Source: an uncultured Pseudomonadales bacterium
GTDB lineage: Bacteria; Pseudomonadota; Gammaproteobacteria; Pseudomonadales; Azotimanducaceae
Reading direction: 5' to 3'
Length of the DNA stretch: 64,000 bases
Assembly: GCA_964548025.1 (NCBI GenBank)
Contig: CAZJRI010000002.1
Coordinates: 26,175 to 90,174, forward strand
In this document: piece after piece, positions 37,140-46,736 of the stretch
How the letters are laid out: each line of letters starts with the position of its first letter
Position numbering within the stretch: the stretch's first letter is position 1
The notes under the pieces: generated by a model
Told to the model about the DNA's origin: nothing
Seen by the model: only the letters and a program-made list of their open reading frames with translations
Databases searched by the model: none
Program-made: the position numbers and the translations under genes

Positions 37140-38351
37140 ATGCCAGGTGAATTATACAAAGCTGCGGCCATAGCGGGTGCAGCAGAAGCAAATAATATCG
37201 GATTCCTGGAAGAACCGGTTACGGCGCTTCAATTACATATTGAAGCCATTAAAAATTTAAGCGATCAAACTGGTATTCCCATCAAGAAAATAGATGGTGT
37301 CTTTTCTACCGGCTGGTCATCCGAGCTATGTGAGCACCTCGGTATCCAGCCAAAGTACATAGATACAACGGCTGTCGGAGGCTGTTCATTCGAGATGCAC
37401 GTGCATCATGCGCTGGGTGCTATCCATGCAGGAATTATAGACATTGCGCTGGTGAGTCATGGAGAAAACGGCTTCTCTGCGCGCAAGATTGGCGGTGGTG
37501 GCTCGGGTAATTATGGTCGTGGAGGTGGCGCATCTTCACCAGGCGCTGAAATGACTATGGCCTATGGAATGGGTGGTGCGCCTTCCAACTATGCTCATGC
37601 AATGGTTCGCCACATGCATCGTTTTGGGACAACGACTGAAGATTTTGCCCATATCGCGAAAATCACCCGTGATTGGGCAACCCTGAATCCACGTGCAGCA
37701 ATGTACTCGAAAGAAAAACATCCATTTGGCGGACCCATCACCGTTCAACAGGTCGAAGAGTCAAGGTTGATCGCCTGGCCACTCACGATATTACACTGTT
37801 GCATGGTGGCAGATCACGGGGGTGCGGTATTTGTGGTGAGCCCGAAGGTTGCCGCAGGGCTGCGAACTAAACCAGTCTGGATTGCCGGGGCAGGCGAGAG
37901 CATGGGCCATTCGAATATGCTGGAGATGGATGATTTCACGGCAACGTCGGCATATCGCAGTGCAGAAGCTGCCTATACCATGGCAGGTATGGGACCAAGC
38001 GATATGGAGATGGCACAGATCTACGACTCGTTTACAATTACCGTTGCTATCACGGCAGAGATGCTGGGCCTTACCCCCAGGGGTGAAGGTCATACACTGT
38101 GGAAAGATGGACACGCAGCGCCAGGGGGTAAATTTCCCGTTAATACCAATGGCGGTGGCTTGTCATTTAATCACAGTGGTATGTACGGTATGCCCCTCTT
38201 GATTGAAGGATACCGTCAATTGTCAGGGACAGCAGAAGATGGCGTTAACGGTGATCCAGGCAAGCAAACCAGCGCACGTACGTGCGTAATCAATGGCACC
38301 GGTGGTAGTTTATCCACAACCGGAACACTGGTGCTGATGGCTGACGATTGA
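37140..38351 (+). CDS. thiolase-fold protein (SCP-x / lipid-transfer-protein type)
   Basis: Thiolase-like layout with C-terminal NTNGGGLSFNHSGMYG and INGTGGSL blocks. Paired with a DUF35 gene, as in sterol/acyl side-chain cleavage modules. Confidence 0.8.
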   Translation: MPGELYKAAAIAGAAEANNIGFLEEPVTALQLHIEAIKNLSDQTGIPIKKIDGVFSTGWSSELCEHLGIQPKYIDTTAVGGCSFEMHVHHALGAIHAGIIDIALVSHGENGFSARKIGGGGSGNYGRGGGASSPGAEMTMAYGMGGAPSNYAHAMVRHMHRFGTTTEDFAHIAKITRDWATLNPRAAMYSKEKHPFGGPITVQQVEESRLIAWPLTILHCCMVADHGGAVFVVSPKVAAGLRTKPVWIAGAGESMGHSNMLEMDDFTATSAYRSAEAAYTMAGMGPSDMEMAQIYDSFTITVAITAEMLGLTPRGEGHTLWKDGHAAPGGKFPVNTNGGGLSFNHSGMYGMPLLIEGYRQLSGTAEDGVNGDPGKQTSARTCVINGTGGSLSTTGTLVLMADD

Positions 38352-38409
38352 GTTAGACACCCGCTGCTGACCGTTGCTGATAGGTCTGCGCGAGCAAAAG
38401 GCTGAGAAC

Positions 38410-39432
38410 ATGGTTCTGCTTCGAATACTCAAGTGGATGATAATCGCCGCGATTGCAGTCATAGTTGGTTTTGCTGTGATGCTTCTCGGCGGTTCGCAGC
38501 TCTCGCTCGATAGGGACTATACCCACACGCAGGAAACCGCTGCGCTGCCAGCATTTACCCCTATCGGTGGTTCCGGGCTGGTCACGATTTCTGCTAACGG
38601 CCATCAGTTCAGAGCGCGAATAGCCGGTTTTGATGGTAATGACGAGAAACCGGCTGTCATGTTGCTGCATGGATTCCCGGTTACATCCGCCATGTGGGTT
38701 GATCTCATCCAACCTCTGGAAGATGCAGGATACCGGGTCGTGGCTTTTGATCAGCGCGGTTATAGCCCCGGAGCCAGACCCGAAGACATCAGTGAATATA
38801 CCATTGATAAGTTGAGCGCAGATGTTATCGCCGTTGCCGATGCGACCGGGATGGATCGTTTTCACCTGATCGGTCATGATTGGGGCGCTGGTGTGGGCTG
38901 GTCGATAGTTCTGGGCCAGCCGACACGTCTTCTAAGCTGGACAGGATTGTCCATAGCACATCCCGCGGCATTTACAGATGCACTCGCCAATGACCCGGAT
39001 CAGCAGGCGCGTAGCAGCTATTTTCTCTTTTTCCGAACGCCCTTGCTGCCTGAGACCGTTTTCACGTTTAACGGTCTCCAGATATTAATGAGTTTTTATG
39101 GCGAGATGTCCAGGCTCCAGCGGGATGAATACTTTTCTGTATTCAGTGAGCCAGGCGCGCTGACGTCTGGTTTAAACTGGTATCGCGCGATGAATCAAAG
39201 TCTGACCGGGGGAGATGAGATTGAATCTGATGTCAGTATCCCAACATTATTCATCTGGGGGAACAATGACGGCGCGGTCGGGCGGGTCGCAGTTGAATCA
39301 ATGGCGCAGTATATGAAAGGACCCTATCTGGAAATCGAGCTGGATGCCGGTCATTGGTTGATGGTGGACTATCCTGCCGAAGTAACGGATGCCGTATTGG
39401 ATCACCTTGCAGCGTTTAGTCGTACCCCGTGA
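38410..39432 (+). CDS. membrane-anchored alpha/beta hydrolase (epoxide hydrolase / haloalkane dehalogenase-like)
   Basis: N-terminal TM, LLHGFP oxyanion region, GHDWGA nucleophile elbow with Asp, C-terminal GHW. Confidence 0.8.
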   Translation: MVLLRILKWMIIAAIAVIVGFAVMLLGGSQLSLDRDYTHTQETAALPAFTPIGGSGLVTISANGHQFRARIAGFDGNDEKPAVMLLHGFPVTSAMWVDLIQPLEDAGYRVVAFDQRGYSPGARPEDISEYTIDKLSADVIAVADATGMDRFHLIGHDWGAGVGWSIVLGQPTRLLSWTGLSIAHPAAFTDALANDPDQQARSSYFLFFRTPLLPETVFTFNGLQILMSFYGEMSRLQRDEYFSVFSEPGALTSGLNWYRAMNQSLTGGDEIESDVSIPTLFIWGNNDGAVGRVAVESMAQYMKGPYLEIELDAGHWLMVDYPAEVTDAVLDHLAAFSRTP

Positions 39433-39450
39433 TCGGGCATTGGTCCGTAT

Positions 39451-39470
39451 TTCTTAAAACTAACTTAACA
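39451..39470 (+). promoter_or_regulatory. candidate Pho box upstream of phoB (11-bp-spaced direct repeat)
   Basis: ttCTTAAaactaaCTTAAca: CTTAA recurs with an 11-bp period, as Pho box half-sites do. It does not match the E. coli CTGTCAT consensus. Confidence 0.3.
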
Positions 39471-39514
39471 AATCCATGGTAAATTTGATCGTTGTTCGCG
39501 ATTGAGTCGGTCGT

Positions 39515-40213
39515 ATGTCTGATCAAAAGAAAATCGTCATCATAGAAGATGAAGCAGATATTCTTGAGGTAATTCGATACAACCTGAAACGTGAAGGATT
39601 TGAGGTTTTCTCCTCCGTTGATGGAGCATCTGGCGTGGACTCCATAACAAGAAATCTGCCAGACCTGATCATACTTGACCTGATGTTGCCCGGTATTGAC
39701 GGCCTGGAAATCTGTCGACGGTTGAAGACGAACGACAGTACGGAACAGATACCGATCATCATGGTAACAGCGAAAGGTGAAGAGAGTGATATCGTTATTG
39801 GTCTCGGTCTCGGTGCAGACGATTATATTCCCAAACCCTTCAGTCCCAGAGAACTTGTCGCAAGGGTTAAGGCTGTCCTTCGCAGGAGCGCTAGATCAGA
39901 AATAGCGTACAAGGAAGAAACGATCGAATTTGAAGACCTGGTGATCGATCCCGTCAGGTATAAGGTATTGCTCAATTCATCTGTCATCAAATTGACCGCG
40001 ACCGAATTCAGGTTGTTGTTTCACCTGGCCAGCCATGCAGGGCAGGTGTTCTCGAGGGCACAATTACTGGATCAGGCGTTTGGCACGGATACCATTGTTG
40101 TTGACAGAAATGTTGATGTTCATATACGAGCGATTCGCAAAAAGCTGGGTGATAACGAGCTGTTTATCGAGACCATCAGAGGCATTGGTTATCGATTCAG
40201 GGAAAGAGAATAG
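39515..40213 (+). CDS. phoB: phosphate regulon response regulator (OmpR family)
   Basis: Receiver (DLIILDLMLPGIDG, KPF) plus winged-helix (LTATEFRLL, RGIGYRF) domains. Immediately upstream of a kinase and pstSCAB-phoU. Confidence 0.85.
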   Translation: MSDQKKIVIIEDEADILEVIRYNLKREGFEVFSSVDGASGVDSITRNLPDLIILDLMLPGIDGLEICRRLKTNDSTEQIPIIMVTAKGEESDIVIGLGLGADDYIPKPFSPRELVARVKAVLRRSARSEIAYKEETIEFEDLVIDPVRYKVLLNSSVIKLTATEFRLLFHLASHAGQVFSRAQLLDQAFGTDTIVVDRNVDVHIRAIRKKLGDNELFIETIRGIGYRFRERE

Positions 40214-41992
40214 ATGCCCCGGTTTGAGCCACGATTGTTTTCCCGACTTTATGCCGGGTACGTTGTCATCATCGTGCTCACAACGCTCATAGTCGGTGTT
40301 CTGGTCAGCAGACAGGTAACTCAAAACAGTACCAGAGAAATTCATCAGTCCCTTGCGGTTCGTTCCGAGCTACTCTCGGAGATCGCAAGGGAAGCACTGT
40401 TAAAAAGGGCAGGAAGCCTTCAGCAAACAGTGATTGAACTGGGGCGCAAAACCGGTAGTCGACTTACGATCATTTCAACCGATGGCGTTGTGATTGCAGA
40501 TTCCAGGGAATCCCCTTCGAATATGGACAATCACAGACAGCGCCCAGAGATTGTTGAGGCAGATAGAATGGGTTCAGCAATCACATCGAGGTATAGCGAA
40601 ACCCTGCAGCAACAGATGATCTACAGGGCTGTAACTGTGGTGGATCAGGGCAGAAATATTGGATTTGTTCGGGTCTCGTTACCTCTGACCTTCATTGATG
40701 AAAAACTGTTGCAACTGCGCCTGATTGTATTGTTCGGTGCAAGCATTGCAGCAATAGCCGCTTTGTTACTGGGATTCTATTTCGCAAGGCGGTTCTCTAA
40801 TCCGCTGGCCGACATGACGGAGATTGCAGAAGCGATTTCGAGAGGTGAATTCGAGAGGCGGATCGCGATTAATCGGCAGGATGAAATCGGCAAGCTTGCA
40901 GGTTCGATTAATAGAATGGCACGAAGTTCTGCCGCGAGAATGTCGGAGATTACGGCAGACCGGAATCTACTCGCCAAGATTTTCTCCAGTATGGTTGAAG
41001 GGGTAATTGGCATTGATCAGGATCAGCAAGTTATTCATATCAACCAGGCGGCTGCAGATCTTCTCGACCTGTCCGTTGAAGATTCCATTAGCAAACCCAT
41101 CTGGGAAGGCCTGCGAATTGAAGAGATAACCTCTGCATTGCAGCATGCGATGGAAACAAAGGATCTTGTGAAGGCCCAGATGCGCCGCTCTTTCGACAAG
41201 GGAGAGAGAGTGATTGATATTTCAGCGGTTGCACTTCGGGATGATGAAGGCCAGACATCCGGTGCGGTGATTGTTCTGCATGATGTTACAGAACTCGACA
41301 GACTGGCTCGAATAAGAAGAGATTTCGTTGCTAATGCCTCTCACGAGCTGAAAACTCCGATTACGGCAATCAGGGGGCTGGTTGAAACTATCCTGGATGA
41401 TGCAGAGATGCCTTCAGAGACTCGTGATAGTTTTGTCAATAAAATAAGAATGCAGAGCCTCCGTCTTTCCACATTGGTTAGCGATCTTATAACGATATCA
41501 AGACTGGAGTCTGATCAGAGAGTACAGGATTATCAAAATCAGAACCTTGCCAAGATTGTCGGGCGTTCGATTTCCGAAATAGAACAGGCATGTCATGAGA
41601 AGAATATCAGTATCCGTTTTAATGAGTCTGATGAAGACTTCCCCGTGAAAGGCGACCTCCAGGCACTGGGACAACTCATTGATAATCTTCTCGACAATGC
41701 CGTCAATTACACGCCGGAAGAAGGTGTGATAACCGTTAACCTGTCGAAAACGCGTTCAACGGTTCAACTTGAGGTGATTGATACTGGTATTGGAATTAGT
41801 CCCCAGTATCAGCAACGGGTTTTTGAACGCTTCTATCGAGTTGACAAGGCTCGTTCCAGGGAACTGGGTGGTACGGGGCTTGGCTTGTCTATCGTGAAGA
41901 ATATTGCTGAGCACCACAATGGCACAGTCTCGCTAAAAAGCAGACCTGGAGCCGGTTCAACATTCACCGTAAACCTGCCACTAGCACAATAG
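40214..41992 (+). CDS. phoR: phosphate regulon sensor histidine kinase with extended periplasmic domain
   Basis: TM1, about 130-aa loop, TM2, HAMP, PAS, H-box FVANASHELKTP, N box DNAVNYT, G boxes DTGIGI and GGTGLGLSI. Confidence 0.8.
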   Translation: MPRFEPRLFSRLYAGYVVIIVLTTLIVGVLVSRQVTQNSTREIHQSLAVRSELLSEIAREALLKRAGSLQQTVIELGRKTGSRLTIISTDGVVIADSRESPSNMDNHRQRPEIVEADRMGSAITSRYSETLQQQMIYRAVTVVDQGRNIGFVRVSLPLTFIDEKLLQLRLIVLFGASIAAIAALLLGFYFARRFSNPLADMTEIAEAISRGEFERRIAINRQDEIGKLAGSINRMARSSAARMSEITADRNLLAKIFSSMVEGVIGIDQDQQVIHINQAAADLLDLSVEDSISKPIWEGLRIEEITSALQHAMETKDLVKAQMRRSFDKGERVIDISAVALRDDEGQTSGAVIVLHDVTELDRLARIRRDFVANASHELKTPITAIRGLVETILDDAEMPSETRDSFVNKIRMQSLRLSTLVSDLITISRLESDQRVQDYQNQNLAKIVGRSISEIEQACHEKNISIRFNESDEDFPVKGDLQALGQLIDNLLDNAVNYTPEEGVITVNLSKTRSTVQLEVIDTGIGISPQYQQRVFERFYRVDKARSRELGGTGLGLSIVKNIAEHHNGTVSLKSRPGAGSTFTVNLPLAQ

Positions 41993-42006
41993 AGAAAGGC
42001 ATTGCC

Positions 42007-42038
42007 AAACTTCTTGAAAGTGTACTTTCGAGAAGTTT
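42007..42038 (+). terminator. hairpin after phoR (possible terminator/attenuator before pstS)
   Basis: AAACTTCTTGAAAG-TGTA-CTTTCGAGAAGTTT forms a 14-bp stem with one G-U pair. It is followed by T-rich sequence (TTTACGGTTTCTTTATTTT). Confidence 0.5.
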
Positions 42039-42045
42039 TACGGTT

Positions 42046-42064
42046 TCTTTATTTTATCTTTATG
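42046..42064 (+). promoter_or_regulatory. candidate Pho box upstream of pstS (11-bp-spaced direct repeat)
   Basis: tCTTTATtttaTCTTTATg: the hexamer CTTTAT occurs at 42047 and 42058, an 11-bp period, 55-70 nt before the pstS start. Confidence 0.3.
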
Positions 42065-42117
42065 CATCGTAGCAAGAATCAGTCACTCAGATAACTTTTA
42101 CTTTGTGAGCGGCAGTA

Positions 42118-43095
42118 ATGAATTGTAGAACCTTTAAGCTAATGATGATGGTTATTGTTCCGAGCTTGCTAAGCAGCATCTCAAATGCTGAACGACTAAA
42201 AGGCACGGTTTCTCTTGATGGATCAAGCACCGTATTTCCTATTAGTGAAGCAGTGGCAGAAGAATTTCTGGCAGTGCAACCTCGGGTTCGTGTGACCGTA
42301 GGGGTCTCCGGTACCGGTGGAGGATTCAAGAAGTTTCTTGCCGGAGAGACTGATATAAACGATGCGTCTCGACCGATTAAACCCAGTGAACTGAAGATCG
42401 CAGAAGAAGGCGACATTAGATTTATCGAATTACCGGTAGCCTTTGATGGTCTGTCCATCGTTGTAAATAAGAACAACCACTGGGTGGACTCTCTGACAGT
42501 TGCTGAACTAGGTAGGGTCTGGCAACCGGGTAGTACTATAAAAAACTGGAATGACATCCGCAGCGAATGGCCCGCTAAACCCATTCGGCTCTATGGGCCA
42601 GGACCAGATTCCGGAACTTTTGATTACTTTACCGAGACAATCAACGGTCAATCAGGTGCGTCGAGGCCGGACTATACAGCGAACGAGGATGACAATGCCC
42701 TGGTTCGGGGAATCAGCGGCGACAAGGGTGCTCTTGGTTATTTTGGTTATGCCTATTATGTGGCGAACCGGGATAAATTGAAGCTGGTGGCGATTGATGC
42801 TGGTGAAGGGCCGGTGAAAACTTCTTCAACCACCATCAACGACGGCTCATATTCACCCCTATCAAGACCTGTTTTTATATACGTTAGAGAAGATGCACTG
42901 GAACGACCTGAAGTGGTCGCATTTGTGAATTTTTATATCGAGAACGCCGCCCTGCTGGCCAGTGAGGTTGGTTATATCCCGCTGCCCTCCGGTGCCTATG
43001 ATTCATTGCGGCAGAGAGTAGCCCAGCAGGAGAGTGGCTCCGCCTATACAAGTCAGAGCAGATTGGCTGTATCAAATCCCCTGGGTACAAACTAG
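42118..43095 (+). CDS. pstS: phosphate ABC transporter substrate-binding protein
   Basis: Signal peptide. GSSTVFP, SGTGGGFKKF and ASRPIK are PstS-family blocks. Confidence 0.85.
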   Translation: MNCRTFKLMMMVIVPSLLSSISNAERLKGTVSLDGSSTVFPISEAVAEEFLAVQPRVRVTVGVSGTGGGFKKFLAGETDINDASRPIKPSELKIAEEGDIRFIELPVAFDGLSIVVNKNNHWVDSLTVAELGRVWQPGSTIKNWNDIRSEWPAKPIRLYGPGPDSGTFDYFTETINGQSGASRPDYTANEDDNALVRGISGDKGALGYFGYAYYVANRDKLKLVAIDAGEGPVKTSSTTINDGSYSPLSRPVFIYVREDALERPEVVAFVNFYIENAALLASEVGYIPLPSGAYDSLRQRVAQQESGSAYTSQSRLAVSNPLGTN

Positions 43096-43113
43096 TACTT
43101 TGGAACCCTCAAA

Positions 43114-44037
43114 TTGAACCAGATTTCAGAGATTCCCGGTATCGACATCACAGCGAAGAAAAACCGTTGGGGTGAATCGTTGATCAGATCAGCACTGGCT
43201 CTTTGTGCACTGATTTCGGTTGCGACTACCTGTGTGATCATCTTTATTCTTTTAAGTGAAAATGCTGGCTTTTTCGAAGAGGTGAGCCCCGCTAGCTTCT
43301 TCCTGGGTACGAGGTGGGTTCCGCTTCTCGAACCAAGCTCATACGGTGTGCTACCACTGCTATGGGGCACCATGATCGTGACCCTTGGTGCTGCTTTGTT
43401 CTCCATTCCCATGGGTCTGGCCAGTGCGATTTATCTGAGTGAATATGCTTCAGAAAGAACACGCACGGTATTGAAACCTGTGCTGGAGGTTCTGGCCGGT
43501 ATTCCGACTGTGGTTTATGGCTATTTTGCCCTGACATTTGTAACACCGGTACTCAGCAGCATTGTTCCTGGTATTCAGGTATTCAATGCGTTGAGCGGTG
43601 CGATTGTTGTCGGCATCATGATACTACCGACAATCACCACATTAAGTGACAATGCGCTACGTGCTGTACCCGATTCACTAAGACAGGGTGCCTATGCGCT
43701 TGGTGCGACATCCTATGAGGTGACTACAAGCGTTGTGGTTCCGGCAGGTTTATCGGGTGTTATAGCGTCCTTTCTACTGGCAATCTCCAGGGCCATTGGC
43801 GAAACCATGGCGGTGACGCTTGCCGCTGGTGCCACACCAAATCTTTCTTTCACCTTCCTCGAAAGCATCCAGACAATGACCGCGTATATTGTGCAGGTGA
43901 GTATGGGAGATACACCTGCTGGTGGCATTGCCTATCAAACGTTATTTGCGGTCGCTGGTCTGCTTTTCGTCATCACCCTGTCACTCAATATCGTATCGCA
44001 ATGGATACTGAAGAGATTTCGTGAGGTCTATGAATAA
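43114..44037 (+). CDS. pstC: phosphate ABC transporter permease PstC
   Basis: 6-TM permease with the EAA-type loop [17 protein letters not shown] start as in the ORF track. Confidence 0.9.
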   Translation: MNQISEIPGIDITAKKNRWGESLIRSALALCALISVATTCVIIFILLSENAGFFEEVSPASFFLGTRWVPLLEPSSYGVLPLLWGTMIVTLGAALFSIPMGLASAIYLSEYASERTRTVLKPVLEVLAGIPTVVYGYFALTFVTPVLSSIVPGIQVFNALSGAIVVGIMILPTITTLSDNALRAVPDSLRQGAYALGATSYEVTTSVVVPAGLSGVIASFLLAISRAIGETMAVTLAAGATPNLSFTFLESIQTMTAYIVQVSMGDTPAGGIAYQTLFAVAGLLFVITLSLNIVSQWILKRFREVYE

Positions 44038-44915
44038 TGAAGACCTTGCTAGAAGCCACCAGCGGACAGACTCGACGCAGATATCGAAAAGCTCGATTAT
44101 TTGCTTACTTTTGTGCTGCCGTGACCTGGTCCGGCTGTATTCTGCTGGCGGTACTTCTTTACCAGATTTCCGTCGATGGATTTAAATGGCTCGACTTGCA
44201 ATTTCTGACGAGTTTCCCGTCCCGTTTTCCCGAGAAGGCCGGTATCAAATCAGCCTTGGTGGGTACATTGTGGCTGATAAGCATGGTTGCATTCATTTCT
44301 ATTCCAGTAGGTGTTGCCTCTGCACTGTATCTTGAAGAGTTGGCCGGTAAGGGACGAATCAATCGGCTGATTGAAATCAATACTGCTAATCTGGCAGGTG
44401 TCCCTTCAATCGTCTATGGCATTATTGGACTCGCCATTTTTGTTCGTGGACTGGGACTTGAACGCAGCCTGATATCAGGCGCGTTGACGATGAGTTTGCT
44501 GATCCTGCCTGTTATTGTCATTGCCAGTCGCGAAGCACTGAAAACGGTACCCTTGAGTATCAGGCAAGCGGCATTTGCACTCGGTGCGACCAGGTGGCAG
44601 ACAGCCTGGTCTCATGTCTTACCTGCTGCCTTCCCGGGGATTTTAACTGGGGTGATCCTTGCCTTGTCACGTGCGATTGGAGAAACGGCACCATTACTGA
44701 TGATCGGCGCTTTGACCTACGTCGCTTTTCTGCCCGAAGGGCCAATGGATTCATTCACCGCATTACCCATACAGATCTTTAATTGGGTATCAAGACCTCA
44801 ACAGGAATTTCATGAACTGGCTGCCGCTGGGATCATTATGCTATTAGCTGTTCTGCTGACGATGAATACTGCGGCAATTGTCATAAGGTATAAAACGGAG
44901 AAGAAACTACAATGA
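44037..44915 (+). CDS. pstA: phosphate ABC transporter permease PstA
   Basis: Permease with the loop [14 protein letters not shown]. The start overlaps the pstC stop by 1 nt. Confidence 0.9.
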   Translation: MKTLLEATSGQTRRRYRKARLFAYFCAAVTWSGCILLAVLLYQISVDGFKWLDLQFLTSFPSRFPEKAGIKSALVGTLWLISMVAFISIPVGVASALYLEELAGKGRINRLIEINTANLAGVPSIVYGIIGLAIFVRGLGLERSLISGALTMSLLILPVIVIASREALKTVPLSIRQAAFALGATRWQTAWSHVLPAAFPGILTGVILALSRAIGETAPLLMIGALTYVAFLPEGPMDSFTALPIQIFNWVSRPQQEFHELAAAGIIMLLAVLLTMNTAAIVIRYKTEKKLQ

Positions 44916-45706
44916 TGTCTCAGACAGTGAGTACCAATAGTCTGCAGATCGTGCCTGCACAAACGATATTGCAGCTTAAAGAGGTAAAGATTTCATATTC
45001 AGGAATCCCAGCGGTAAATGCAGTTTCATTCCCGATCGCCAGAAACAGAATTACCTCAATCATCGGACCCTCAGGATGTGGCAAGAGCACACTGTTGAGA
45101 TCGCTCAATAGAATGAATGACTTTTATCCGGGGGTTTCGGTTGAAGGAGAACTCAGCTACAACGGTCAGAACCTATATGGCAAAGAGGTGGACCCGGTTG
45201 AGGTTAGACGGCAGATCGGCATGGTATTCCAGAAACCCAATCCATTCCCGAAGTCCGTATATAAGAATGTTTCCTGGGGTCCTTTAATACATGGCTTTGC
45301 CGGGTCGGTAGATGAGTTGGTTGAAGAGTCATTGAAGAAGGCGGCATTGTGGGATGAGGTTAAAGACCGATTACACGATTCCGCGCTTGGCTTATCGGGT
45401 GGTCAGCAGCAGCGTTTGTGTATAGCGAGGGCATTGGCAATGCAGCCAGATATTCTCCTGATGGATGAGCCCTGTTCCGCGCTTGATCCGATATCAACGT
45501 CCCATATCGAGGATTTGATTTTTAATCTGAAGAAGAACTATACGATCGTGATAGTCACTCACAATATGCAGCAGGCTGCACGAATTTCGGACTTCACAGC
45601 ATTTCTGGAGATGGGTGATCTTATTGAATTTGGGACGACCGATGAGATTTTCACCCGACCAGGTGAATCCCGCACGGAAGAGTATATAACCGGACGTTTT
45701 GGATAA
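44912..45706 (+). CDS. pstB: phosphate ABC transporter ATP-binding protein
   Basis: Walker [10 protein letters not shown], signature LSGGQQQRL, Walker B LLMDEP. ATGA overlap with pstA. Confidence 0.92.
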   Translation: MMSQTVSTNSLQIVPAQTILQLKEVKISYSGIPAVNAVSFPIARNRITSIIGPSGCGKSTLLRSLNRMNDFYPGVSVEGELSYNGQNLYGKEVDPVEVRRQIGMVFQKPNPFPKSVYKNVSWGPLIHGFAGSVDELVEESLKKAALWDEVKDRLHDSALGLSGGQQQRLCIARALAMQPDILLMDEPCSALDPISTSHIEDLIFNLKKNYTIVIVTHNMQQAARISDFTAFLEMGDLIEFGTTDEIFTRPGESRTEEYITGRFG

Positions 45707-45720
45707 CTAACGAGATAACT

Positions 45721-46395
45721 ATGGCCCTGCATTTACAAAGAGACCTTGCTCAACTTAAGAAAGAACTGCTTCAACTGGGCGCAATGGTTGAAAGTGCGAT
45801 TGATGAATCACTCGATGCACTCAATAATCGCAAATCATCGCTTGCAGAAGAACTTCTGCAGAAAGAAGCACTGATCGATGAAAAGGAAGTTGAAATCGAA
45901 GAATCCTGTCTGAAGATCCTGGCCCTGCATCAGCCTGTTGCTGTTGACCTCAGGTTTATTGTTGTTGTCCTCAAGGTTAATAATGACCTTGAACGGATGG
46001 GCGATCTGGCAGAACATATTGCGGAGAGGGCAATCTTTCTGTCGAATGAAGAACCGATTCCATTCCCCGACAAATTTACTGACTTCATGCAATCGACCAT
46101 CCGAATGATGGTCCGAAGCAGCCTCGATGCCCTGGTGAACCTCGATGTCGATCTGGCGAAAGAAATCATCGCGATGGATGATCAAATTGATGCCTTTAAC
46201 CGCGAAATGTATGCCGATCTACAGGCTTGCATGACGGCAGATCCATCCACGATCAAGCGGAATGTTTCGCTCTTGTCAACTTCCCGTTACCTTGAAAGGA
46301 TCGCTGATCTTGCAACCAATATAGCCGAGGACGTTGTCTTTATGGTGGATGGTGAGGTGGTTCGGCACAGGGGTGAGAATCAGGTTAAGGTCTGA
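45721..46395 (+). CDS. phoU: phosphate signalling regulator PhoU
   Basis: Two PhoU repeats with the D-x-x-x-D-x-x-E-R type helices (NNDLERMGDLAEHIAE and YLERIADLATNIAED). Confidence 0.9.
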   Translation: MALHLQRDLAQLKKELLQLGAMVESAIDESLDALNNRKSSLAEELLQKEALIDEKEVEIEESCLKILALHQPVAVDLRFIVVVLKVNNDLERMGDLAEHIAERAIFLSNEEPIPFPDKFTDFMQSTIRMMVRSSLDALVNLDVDLAKEIIAMDDQIDAFNREMYADLQACMTADPSTIKRNVSLLSTSRYLERIADLATNIAEDVVFMVDGEVVRHRGENQVKV

Positions 46396-46400
46396 TAGAT

Positions 46401-46658
46401 ATGGGTTTGACTACACAAGATTTTAGTAACGAGTTAACAGAGATCTTGAAGGTGTCGGAAGATTTAGGCCTGATTGCTGTTGAAGTAAAGTCTGGAAACT
46501 TACATCGTCGAGTTGGTGGCTACCCAGGACAGAACCACAGGATGCCGATTTGTTGGGATGCAATGTACAAGGCTATGACAGTGACAGATTCTATTCTAAA
46601 GAAACATGACTCTGGAAAAGGAGCGAGTGTGGTAATCAGATACCAGTTTCCTCGTTAG
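46401..46658 (+). CDS. small hypothetical protein (85 aa), first gene of the AT-rich patch
   Basis: ATG lies 5 nt after the phoU stop. The block SGNLHRRVGGYPGQNHRMPICWDAM looks conserved, but I cannot name a family. Confidence 0.5.
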   Translation: MGLTTQDFSNELTEILKVSEDLGLIAVEVKSGNLHRRVGGYPGQNHRMPICWDAMYKAMTVTDSILKKHDSGKGASVVIRYQFPR

Positions 46659-46696
46659 CAATATTTCATGCATTAAAACACTCTATAGGTCTAATC

Positions 46697-46716
46697 AAAA
46701 CTTGACAAAACTTGAC
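46697..46716. repeat. tandem 10-bp direct repeat AAAACTTGAC x2 (putative operator)
   Basis: Exact duplication read directly. It creates two TTGACA hexamers. A third partial unit (CAACTT) follows about 10 bp later. Confidence 0.9.
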
Positions 46717-46729
46717 ATCAACTTATAAT
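46702..46729 (+). promoter_or_regulatory. consensus sigma70 promoter for the XRE-ImmA gene, predicting a leaderless mRNA
   Basis: TTGACA (46702-46707), a 16-nt spacer, then TATAAT (46724-46729). The ATG at 46737 is 7 nt past the -10 hexamer, where transcription would be expected to start. Confidence 0.6.
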
Positions 46730-46736
46730 CGACGAC

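Noticed and set aside
41993-42117. An E. coli-type Pho box (CTGTCAT-N4-CTGTCAT) upstream of pstS or phoB.
   Set aside because: No match to that consensus is visible. Only AT-rich 11-bp-phased repeats are present, and these are reported at low confidence.
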